Shown here in pieces: positions 52,713 through 64,000 of a stretch of 64,000 bases of DNA. This DNA is from Raillietiella orientalis (taxonomy: Eukaryota): the NCBI GenBank assembly GCA_036172245.1, contig JAYWIR010000014.1, positions 1,922,001 to 1,986,000 of the forward strand, written 5' to 3'. A program made the translations under genes and the position numbers. A model generated the notes under the pieces. The model saw only the letters and a program-made list of their open reading frames with translations, ran no database searches and was not told the DNA's origin. Position 1 is the first letter of the stretch. Every line of letters starts with the position of its first letter.

Positions 52713-54138
52713 GTTTCGGTAAAGCAGCACTTGGAATGGCAATAGGCGTGGAAAAAGTTTTATCTCGGCATTTAGTAAAAGGAGTTATAAGTATTCCAAA
52801 AGGGAGCAGAAAGCATTTAGAGGAGAATGCAGGCATGTATCTCACAAATAGTCAGATCGAGGTTATCGAAGGAGCTCTGCATAATTTACCTGACGAAGAA
52901 GCCGAAAATGCTTCACGTAAAATGCAGCATATGATCAAGGGAATGCAGGAAACAGACATCCTCGTGGTTCTGATATCAGGTGAATATTTGTGTTTTTGTA
53001 CTCAGAGTTTAAATCTGTTTGTATTTAAAACTTGGCCTGGATATGGAGTAACCAGTTCCCTTTGTTTTTCTCCGTCTCTGTAGGTGGAGGTTCATCCTTG
53101 TTGCCAGCTCCTATCTCTTTTATATCCTTAAAAGAAAAAAACATCATAATAGAAAAGCTAAGTAAGCGTGGAGCTGCCATCCACGAGTTGAACTGCGTGC
53201 GGAAGAAACTTTCCACCCTGAAAGGAGGAGGCCTCGCGAAATTAGCCTTTCCTCGCTTAGTCATTGCCTTGATTCTATCTGATGTTATAAATGATTCATT
53301 AGAAATCATTGCAAGCGGACCAACTGTTCCCGACAATGGAAAAATTAGTGAAGCATTAGAAGTCTTGGGAAAATATGGCGTTTATGGAGAATTATCGGAT
53401 CGCCTTAAAAAGCATTTTGTTGAAGCGGTGGACAAGGAAGCCATTTGCAAATTCGATTTCTCACATGTCACCAACGTCCTTATTGGCAATAATAGAAGCG
53501 CCTTAGAAGGCGCCTTGAAAAAAGCTGCAGAGAGTGATATGGAGTGTGCTATCTTGACCGACACCCTTCGAGGAGAAGCGAGAGATGTCGGGAGACTCTT
53601 GGTCAAATTATGTGAATTATTTTCAGAGTGCTTAAGTAACGGCAGCAGTAGAACTGACTTGGAAATGTTCTCAGGAATGTCTTCTTTTGGAATCACCCTA
53701 AGCAAATTGGATCATGTCGTTGAAAAACTTCTTAGCGCGAGATGCACCGGGAAGCCGATGTGTGTAGTGCTAGGCGGCGAAACAGTGGTTACCGTCCGTG
53801 GCAGTGGGAAAGGAGGAAGGAATCAAGAACTCATCCTCGCTGCAGCAATAGAATTCCAAACCATAAAACGTCCGCCTTTCGAATTTGTGATCCTATCGGG
53901 TGGCTCAGACGGCATTGATGGCGATACAAATGCCGCTGGTGCTGTCACATATGTATCACAAATAGCAAGTGCAGAAAAATGCGGTCTAAATGCCATTGGG
54001 TATCTGAATAGCAACGATTCACACACGTTTTATTCTCTAGTAAATGGTGGCGCGGACCTGCTTCAAGTTGGGCACACTGGAACCAACGTGATGGATGTTG
54101 TCCTTATTGTAGTAGTTGAGAAAGGTTCCCAGGTGTAA
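52713..54138 (+). CDS. GLYCTK: Glycerate kinase type 2 (MOFRL family); first exon not located
   Basis: GFGKAALGMA, LISG/GGSSLL, KGGGLA, SDVINDSLEIIASGPT, GGETVV, GKGGRNQE, GSDGIDG, TGTNVMD; intron ~52980-53083. Confidence 0.93.
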
Positions 54139-54362
54139 GTGTTGCAGCGTTGTTTTTGCTTGCCAATTCATATTGATACGCAAAATTTATGAAGAAATTG
54201 TTAATATTTAGCATGACAAACCGGAAAAACACTACGCTTTCAAACCTGCTGCAGTAAATTATGCAATGTAAATTTCTTATAATAAAATGAGATTTAGCGT
54301 TTTTCCTTAATAATGAATTGTTCGTTTTCTTCCCCAGAGGAATAACGGAATTATTTTAAAAC

Positions 54363-55581
54363 ATGAAGCTTTGTACCATATTAGATAGATTTCCAGGAAA
54401 TATGCAGTTTGCATTTGCTTATGGCTCTGCAGTGTTCAAACAGATGAACAATGCGGATTTAAGGGTATTAAAAAACATTTAAAAAATAAAAAATAAAAAG
54501 AACAACGTTTTAGAAAAACATGTTAGATCTAATCTTTGTAGTAAATGACCCAATGACATGGCACAAAAAAAATTTGGAAATCAATAGGGCTGATTATTCT
54601 TTTCTTAAATATGGTGGTCCAAAACTTGTGATCAAGGTTCAAGAGAATCTTGGAGCAAAGGTCTATTACAATACTCTAATTAAATGTGAAAACAGAGTAA
54701 GTTTAAAGATGAAGTATACCTGTAAATGACAGTTATCTATGGACTTCATCACTTCTCATTAAAAACTTTTTAGGTAATAAAATACGGAGTTATTTCATAT
54801 GAATCATTGATTACCGATCTGCTGGACTGGAATACACTTTACATCAGTGGAAGGTTACAAAAACCAGTTCTCGTTTTAAAGGACTGTAAAGATCAGAGAT
54901 TAACTACAGCACTAAGGATTAATTTGCAAACAGCTGTGCATGCAAGCTTGCTTCTGCTCCCACCCACATTTTCAGAGGATGAATTGTACATTACAATATG
55001 TGATCTTTCATATTCTGGTACAAATGTTGTGTAACTTGGGCAAATAAGCAACTACAATGTAAGTTTAGGTGACTTCCGTATGATGATCGGGGAAAACAAA
55101 AATAAAGTTCGAAACATTGTCCAGAATCAGTTTGAAGAGTTTAAGCAAATGTATGATCCTATTACAAAAAGTCTAAACCAATGGCTACACATCAGTGACA
55201 AGCAAGCTGTCCAGGATTGGTCCCCCATGGCCAAACTTTATCATTTGAGCATGCTACCTAAAACTTTGCAGGTAATTCACTGTAATGCCAAGCACTTCAT
55301 AATTGGATAGGAATTCCTGATGAAAGAATGGAACCGACATGGTAAGCCAAAAGACATGGAAGATGTTCTTCGTGCTTTATCACATGACAATGACTGTAAA
55401 GAACTGGTACAAAAAGGTAAATGGGTCTTGATACTTTCCTAAATTGAATTTATTATTAGGTATTAGAGATGTGGTGTGGAGATCCAGTTGGAAACAGAGC
55501 TTTACAGGCATCCTCACAGCAGGATTACTCAGATCTGTGCAATATGCTGGCTGCAAGTTGAAGAAGATGTTGCAGTTATAA
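54363..55581 (+). CDS. TAMM41: Mitochondrial phosphatidate cytidylyltransferase, multi-exon
   Basis: [60 protein letters not shown]; stop at 55579-55581. Confidence 0.95.
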
Positions 55582-55593
55582 GCAGTGACTTTT

Positions 55594-57834
55594 TTATGTT
55601 TCTTTGGAATCAGGAGGCTCACACCAAAAGTGCTGTCCACCACCTGCCCACCACATACGAACACTAAAGTCTTTTTCTTCTAGGTATCTCTTGCGTGTCA
55701 TGGGACGAACTTTGACTTTCACATTTTGAGGACAAGGAGGCTGTGAGGCTAGTGCCTCATTTTCAGCAGCCCTGTGCACTTTTGGTCTTGACTCACCATC
55801 AGAATCGAATTCCTCCGAGTCAGAGTCATCTAACAATGGATCCGGATAATGGCGCTGACCAGCACTTGTGATGATGATGGGAAGAGTAGGATGCAAACTA
55901 GTTTGCCAGTTACATATATCTTACTTGAACAAGCTTTACCTAATGCCATTGCAACAGTCTCTATGTAACTCATGATCAGCATATGGTGGGATAAATCTTT
56001 CTCCTTGTTCATCTAGCAGAGGAGCTGTATTCAGCCTCCACACACGCACAAATCCATTGCTATTGCCTAGGGAACACAATGGATGAAATGAAGTTTGATA
56101 TTTTTACCCGAAGCCAAAAACTGGCCACTGGGATCCAAATCAAAGTAAATTCGCTGATTTGTCACCACATCTCGGTGAAGAACATATAAAATCTCCCCAG
56201 GATTTCTTATATCCCAGCATATAATTTCACTGTCCTAATGAATGAATAGGAAATAGCATGGCATCCAGATATGCATGTACCTTGCGACCTCCACTATACA
56301 ATTGAAAGCCATCATAAGAAAATAGCATGTGAGTTATACCTCCTACTTGGCCTTCAAGCAAACAAAGCAAAGTACCCTCAGGCTCACTGTATAATCCTTC
56401 AATTAAGCCATTATTATTAAATTTCGTAGATTTATACCAAAGCTTACCAATAGAGCGCAAATAACTCCCAGCAGCATATACAGATGATATAACAGGATTG
56501 AATGCTATGCAAGAGATAATACCTAATTGTGAAGGGGAAGCACCAGCTAAAATAAATGTCAAAAAAAGTCAAATAATTTTTCACACTTAACCTTTCAATT
56601 CTCTTGATGTCAGGGCTACACCAGGAGTAGCAACATCAAACACTTTAATGCACTTATTGTATCCACAATACAAGTGGTTTCCAGACAAATCAAAGCATAT
56701 GCTATGTGCAGATATTAATTCATCCATGTTATTTAAGCCTCTATGAATCATGAGAATGATAAGACGTTAATTGACAAACTCACTTGTAAGAACAACGTAA
56801 CTCTCCACTGTATGCATCCCAAAGATGCACAGGATGATCCTTTGATGTGGTAGCAAAGCTTAAATTTTTTAAAACAATAAATTTAAAAACTGTTAATTTT
56901 CAAACATTGCTTATATAAGTTTTGAGAACATTACCCACACCAAAAGTCACCCATACCAAAAGTTAAAGGCATAAGTTCATTTTGCTTTTTCCGTAATACT
57001 CACCAACAAGATAAAGGATTCTGTGAGTTCATTTTTGGAAACCAACTGAAATCGTAAATTAGTTCTCCTTCTTTAATTTCTGCTGAACACGCGAGTTCCT
57101 TTACGCCATCAGTGCTAAATTTCCAGTTAACATAATCCTTAGGTTTGACAGAGTACAGCTCAAGGGGCAAATCAAAAACCCTTACAGTATTATCATTGCT
57201 GTTAGAGATTAAACAGGTTCCATCTGGAGACCTATACATAATGACTTACTTAACAAATTAAGAAACAATAAATAAAATACCATTTGCAACCCCTCGTGAA
57301 ATATGGTTTATCTTCTTCCTGATTAAACAATCTGAAGGCCTTATAAATCTCATAGGGCTGAACGTCAAACCTATACTCAAAAGGGGTACTTTCTTTAGGG
57401 CACCCACTATCCGTCAACGGGGTACTTTGAAATGCTTCCTCCACATTATTTTTATATATGGAATACAGATTTATATCATCATTTTGGGCAGAAGGCTGGC
57501 TATCATTAGAATTTTCAGTGGTACTTCGGATCTTTTTTGGTGTACGTGTAGTATTCCTAAATGATGAATGATCTTCAGCATGCACCCGATTATTCAAATG
57601 AGTTCCAGTTGTTGAAGTCACCACATCGCTTTCCAAAAATGCATTACAATTACTTTCCCCATCAACTGTGCTAAGCATTTCTACAATACTGTTTTCCTTG
57701 CCTAACTTATTTTCGAGATTAAAATAATTGCAATCTCCGTAAAATTCGTTGTTTTTAACTTGGTATTCAAATCTGGATTCAGTAATACATTCCATAACAC
57801 ACATATCAAAATTTTCCTCATCTTCGACACTCAT
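55594..57834 (-). CDS. WRAP53: Telomerase Cajal body protein 1 (WD40), multi-exon
   Basis: [60 protein letters not shown]. Confidence 0.92.
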
Positions 57835-58949
57835 TTCGTTACTCTACACTTACATATGCATTGCTCTTCAGCAGGGTTGTCAGAGCACCTCATGGCACAA
57901 AACATTGATTTGGATAACCAAAATTCATTTTAAAAAAATCAACTTCTGATTCATAAAACAGAACAGAAATACATAAAAGGATTATTGATTGGATTCTTAC
58001 TGATAACAAACAATCAAAAGAATATTTGATGTCAATTAGATTTACCAAATGCGCTAAGAAAGCATCTATCATCAGCCATTTGTTTTGAAATTACAACTTG
58101 ATAGTTGAATTTTACTGTAAAAATAGAGTAAAATCACACTATACTGAGAAAATACAGGATCAACTAAACAAAGAAGAAAAACATGATCATGAGGCTATGT
58201 ACGATTTAAAATTGAGCATCTTATGGCTCAGTATATTAATTTGTCGAATATTATAATATAGTAGTATATTTTCTTCAATTCACCAGAATTAACTGATAGA
58301 CCATGATTATTTTCATCACCTACATATATTTTTGACTATAACCTCGGAGGATGTCTCATGTTAGATCCAGTTAGAAGTAATCTGTCCTCTGTCTTGAATG
58401 GACAGTAACATTGTGATGTACTCATCCTCAAAATGCAAGCAATGTATATTGTGAATCGATACTAAGTTAGGCTAATTGAAATTTGCATGAATTGACTCAT
58501 GTGAGAAAATCGAAAAAGGAGAAGTACAGATAGCGTTACTTTATTATCGAAAGAGTGATTACTCCCTATTAGTGAATGAATTCACAATTTCTTGCTATTT
58601 CTGTCATTGCAACACATTTGGTTTTTCCATTTACAACAGTTTCCAAATTGATTCTTGTGAAGAAAGATTGCGTTCTAGTCCTTGAAGTTAGCAATTCGTG
58701 TCACTTGGCACTTGAATCATTGGTTAAAGCTCCGATGCAGCTAGGCAGAAATGGCTGCAAAATATCACAGAAGACCATCCCATCAGAGAGAGTCTGTTAT
58801 ACAACAACGCTAAAGAAATCTCTGAATCACTTTTATTCCAACGTATTCCAATGGATTTGCTTTAAGAAAGCCATAAACTGGTCATTGTTTCAGGATCATC
58901 ATATAGAGAATTTTAATTTCTATTCTGTCTCCGACCGTTTCTCACAGCT

Positions 58950-60050
58950 TTTCCTGCAGCTTTTAATGATGGAATAGCCGAATGAAACAATAAAACAATA
59001 GTTACCCCTAAAGTGGAGTATTAACTGAGTTGGCTGCAACTTGGGGTCTTAGCAAAGGATTCAAAGGCTGTTATAAAGGCAAATAAACTTGGAGCTGGAG
59101 TCTACAAGAGACTCGCAAGTGAACAAAGAAAGTAATTCTTGACTGAACTGCTCACTGTGAGATGAGTTCACTCTCATGCAAAATACTTGAAGTAAAAACT
59201 GCCTTAACTCGGAATCTCCAATGTTTAGGCTTTTGGAGGCGAAATGTGTAGAATGTAGTTTCGTATCGAAGGTGATAAATTACATGTATAAAAAACTACG
59301 AGAATTTGCTCATGAACCTAAGACGATGTTGGATCGTTGAAAAAGAAGTAAAATCAGGAAATTCAGTCAGGCCATTTAACTTATGAGTTACTCCGTTTGT
59401 AAAGGAATATGGGCATCTATTGGGAAAACAAGTATTTTTATTTTTATTGTTCATTAACACTGTAAACCAGTGTTGCAAACCAACACTTTGTTCTTTTTTA
59501 ATGTCTTCAAAATTGCTAGTATTTTAGAGGTGGCTTTGTTAGGATCTAGCAGTACTGCTTGAGCGAAACCCAGATGGATATTTATTTGGTCAACAGAGAA
59601 ACTTGTAAAGATGTTCAAGGATTTTCCCTCCAGTTTTTATGCAAAATTGTTGCAACTGTATACTGAGACTAGGTATTTGGTCTGCTGTGAGAACTGTCTG
59701 GAGTAAATATGATTTGAAACCGTTCTTGAATTAAATGACCAACATTAGTCGTCATTCATCAGAATACTGAAGAGAGCTAAACCCTGCATAAATCTTTTTG
59801 AAGTTATCTTGTCGAAATGTAAGCAGATAAGAATACATCATTATTTGAATCTCCTTAGCAGTCTCAGAAGTTTAGGACAACTATGTGGCTTTTGAGGAGA
59901 GTTTAAAAGACGCAAAAATAGGTATCCATCAAAAGAATATAAAAGCAGGTATTCTCAAGAAAGGAACATCTGAGTTTTTCTTCTATCTGGCATTATTCGT
60001 GCTACATTTCAATATTTATTACAGAATAGAGTTAATGTTTAATATAGCAG
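58950..60050 (+). mobile_element. Highly decayed CR1-like LINE RT remnant; boundaries approximate
   Basis: GHLLGKQVFLFLLFINT (echo of QGSVLGPLLFLLFIND) followed by weak downstream RT-like motifs. Confidence 0.35.
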
Positions 60051-61699
60051 CATTAATTTGATTAGTAAACTATGGGAGAATTGAGAAGTAGGTAAAGCAT
60101 TTGCAGAACTAAAACTTTGACTATACAATAGCTGATAGATTAGGATTTCAAAATTCAATAAAATGTAATAAGAACATGTAATAGATAACCACCCAGACTT
60201 TTTCATTTGTTAAAAAAAGATTCCTGTCTTCTGTAATGTCTAATGCACTCTCGTTTCGTACAGTCCGACATCACTTAATTAAAATGATATTGAGATTAGA
60301 ATCTCTCTGAAATCTAAATTTCGGTTGGAAGAAAGAAGCAAAGGATGCATTGGATGATATGATGATGAAAGAATTTTTTTTTCATAACCATTCATTCTGT
60401 TACCCTCTGAAACATGTTAGATTTCGTGGCTACTTTCACCATAAAAGAGTCAAAAATGTTTCACATGGATATGAAAATAACACCAAATATATAATATTTC
60501 TTAAGACTGATAATATTTCTTAGGGAGCGGTGACCTTTCTTCAATGATCTTTGATAAAATAGATGCAACAATTGCGTCACTCTCTCGCTGTTAAAACATC
60601 TCAAAGCATGATACGACAACATAATGACGTTCATTAGAATTACTTGACAAGATTAAGCAATAATGGACTTTAATTTGAATTCGGTCGTTTCAAAAAACAA
60701 GCAAACCATATCCATTATTTGTATGTAAAATATTTTCGTATTTAACTACTACTATTTTCTAAATGAAAGCATTTAAGATGGAATGGCAGCCGCAAAGCTT
60801 GTTACATCTACGTTTTTAGTGTGCACGATATCTTTTCTCGGGTGATTGTAACTTCATGACGCGCCAAGAGTTGAAGCAGTGAGTGTTTGAAAACCAAAAC
60901 AGTCGGCGTAAAGATCACTCTTCAGGTCCGGTAACAGTCTGTAATCCCCTGAATCATGATTCGTCCCTTACTGACATTTTGGAAAACTTTTCACCTATAT
61001 GGAAATGTTTTACGAAGAAAGCAAAAAGCTTTTCTGCTGCCCAGAAAATATCTACACTAAAGTTGCATTGGATTGTCGGCTAGAGATGGAGAGCTGACGC
61101 TCGCGGTATTACTGTGTACCAACAGTAAATGGCAACATGGCATACTGTCCTGTAGCACCCATAACCAAGTCTGACGTAAAAGAATGGCGCCTCTAACATT
61201 GGTAACTGTTACTTGTAACGAAAGCTGGAAAAGATTTCGCCAGGCTTCCACCCCTTTGTTGTATCCAAGAATTCGTGGACTGAAGTCTTTGCAAAGTACT
61301 ATGATTTCTTTCCCTGCTCACAGAGATGTTCGAAAATTGCATTGCATTTCTTGTACTTGGTTAGAGTTCTTGCTTACGTTAATTGCGTTCCTGCTAACGC
61401 TACACTTTTAACTTCATTGATTAACACTGGAACTACATTTCAATCAAGTGCTTTCCGCACACAATTCGCAACGCCACTCATCATTTCAATTAAAATCATC
61501 GTATTTGCAACTTCCGGAAAGCCCTTCACTCCTCATTTAAAACAAACTTCACATAAACAGAGTAAAGCATTTTATTTAACTCCTACCAACAAAAAATACC
61601 GAAATCCACAAGCAAAAATAAAATCCGCTCGCATGCAAAATGGTTGAAAAAAACTTTCTAGGATTCACTACAAAACAATACAAACGCAATTTGAATTTA

Positions 61700-64000
61700 T
61701 CATTCTTCTGGTAAACTCTTGTAAATTTCTTCTGCTTCCATGTAATACTTAGTAGCTAAACGTCCTTTTAAAGCAGCTTGTGCTAATTTGGCTGCAGCTT
61801 CAAATAAGTTTGCAGATTTGAGCTGATTCCGAGCAAGTCCATGCCCCCCCATTTTACACATTTCTGCTTGTCGTGCTACCATTAAATAATTTGCATCATC
61901 AGTTATGGAACTGTTACAATCACTTTCGTCCATATTTGCATTCACAGCTTCTTCATACCAATACAAAGCTTTAACCCAGTCTTGATGCACCACCACATCT
62001 TCATTACATGAAAGACCATTGTCAAAAGCTTTGGCAAGATATATCATAGCAGCACTCTCGCCAGCTTCTGCTGCTTTTTCCATATAAGCAAGTCCTTTAC
62101 TAAAGTTCTCTGAAGTAGAACATATCTGGCAAAGAAGACATCAGAACAGTGAAACCCGTTAGGTCGAAAACCATTAAACTAACCTCCACAGACATCAAAA
62201 TATCATGATCTAAATGCAACAGTAGCTGTGCTAATGCAAGTATGGCTTCTAAAACACCACAGTCAGCTGCATGTCGTAGATGAAATAAAGCAGCTTCCTC
62301 ATCAAAATGTTGTGTGCCAATTACAAATCTTCCTATTTCATGATATTTTGCTAAATCTAAATGGATTTGTCCTAAGACATTTTCTTCTGAGAAATGATTC
62401 AAAGGCAGATGAGATGGGCGATGCCTCTGATGCATCTCTTTACTGAACAGGTCCTGTTCCACTTCTCCAATCAGAGACATACTGCTTTCTGATACATATC
62501 GTTCTCTACAGAATAAGTACTATAAACCGCGGAAATCGTAATCTATCTATAAACCTATGATATATATCTCCATCTGAAGAAAGCTGATCACTGTCTTCAA
62601 ATTCATTCTCTTCCGTTGAAAAAACAGAACCTCCAGAATCCACACGTTTTTTTCCAGGAGAATTACTCATGCTTGAATCACTGCGAAATATGTGACACTC
62701 CCAGAATGAACCTTTCTCATACTCCCAAGGAGATACACACATATCCACAGATCTGCATATGGTTTTCCCTCCATCATGCTGCACAAAATCATACTTCTAA
62801 TTCTTGAACAACAAGCTTACCATTTTTTTTAAAATGTCATCCTGATAACACATCTCAGACTCTGCTAAATCAAAAGCTGTTAATCCCAAACTGCTGCAAA
62901 TATTATTACAAACATGTGAATGGAAGAAAAGTGCCATTCCACGAGTTCCTAAATTTCCTTCGCCATATTCACTTCCTGAGAGAAAGCTTAATCATTACTT
63001 GTGTTTGAAACCCACCGCTAGCTGTATGGATTTGAGGATCAGTATATAAATCTCCTACACCTTGAATATCCACCACAATAAGCTCATGGCCAGAACGTTC
63101 GAAAGTAAAATGACTGAAAGCATGTGGAGTGTTGCGACAGTCCTCATCACTTATGAAACCTGCATTGGAGTTGTACTTAGTGTATCTTCCATGAATAAAA
63201 TGTTCAATATGATAGAAAGGACGTCCTTCTATCTCTGGAAATTCTAAAAGAGCCAACTGGACTATATCCACTTTTTTTGGTGGATTATGGCGATTGTATT
63301 CCTCGCCCCACAGTTTTGCATTCATTTGTAATTTGATATCCTCAAAGTACACTTCTTTGTCAGCAGAATTCATATACCGCTTAGCAACATAATTGTTGGC
63401 ATCGTGGTTCCATGGTGAACCATGCAAGCAGCTGCTCTTTTTTTTCCTATCAGAAATTCAATACCCAATTTGTACCACCCATTCTGTACACACAGGCGAA
63501 AGCATTCTCTCATGGCTCCACTTGCAAAAGACAAGGGCTCCATTTTAACTACCACTTCATCAGTAACCCATGTTTTCTTCAATGCATTATAACGATATCG
63601 AATGGCACGCTGCTCTGGATATTTTTCAAAGTGAAGAGACTGCCAAGGATCTTTCCAGTTTCTTGCCTTGAAAAATAAAACAAAACATGCAGGAAAAATT
63701 AGTGCAGGCAACACGCTAAAATGAGATCCATGTTCAGGTGTTGCCTAAAATAACCTACCTTTACTAGTGCCTTTTTCCAATATTTTTGTGCTTGGTTATG
63801 CTTTTCTATAGCGACATCTGATGATGTAGAGCTGAGGAAAAGGATTAACATAAGATCACCAAGTTAATTGACAAACGCACTTAGGAGATCCAATTGGTTC
63901 CAAAGAATCTAACTGTAATGGAAAAATCATCTTTTCTTCTTCTGCACAAATCATAGAAGAAGATATGTTTTTCCTAACTGGCATTTTTTTTTGTTTTCCG
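61700..64000 (-). CDS. EEF2K: Eukaryotic elongation factor 2 kinase (alpha-kinase with Sel1-like repeats); 5' end beyond the window
   Basis: FASGAMRECFR, YVAKRY, YNRHNPPKKVDI, AFSHFTFERSGHELIVVDIQGVGDLYTDPQIH, C-terminal GRLATKYYMEAEE. Confidence 0.96.

Overview
Eukaryotic (invertebrate animal) nuclear DNA with compact genes and many ~40-50 nt introns. Host genes: NAT10 (5'-partial), NDUFS8, MRPS28, a broken PRMT5 copy, RPS28, MYG1, GLYCTK, TAMM41, WRAP53 and EEF2K (runs off the 3' end). The region 4.3-9.7 kb is a patchwork: a decayed Wolbachia-like BON gene and IS5 transposase, an antisense 28S rRNA fragment and a LINE remnant. The main finding is a family of Tx1/L1-clade non-LTR retrotransposons (19.2-26.2 kb and 31.2-36.4 kb, plus a 39-bp stub at 5.84 kb). 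The two copies that keep their ORF1 start each carry a different spliceosomal snRNA head inside their target-site duplications (U1 5' end in one, nearly complete U4 in the other). A third copy has inserted into that U4 head. All copies end in a conserved hairpin with only 3-4 A instead of a poly(A) tail. Protein and RNA identifications rest on motifs I recognise; no database searches were run.
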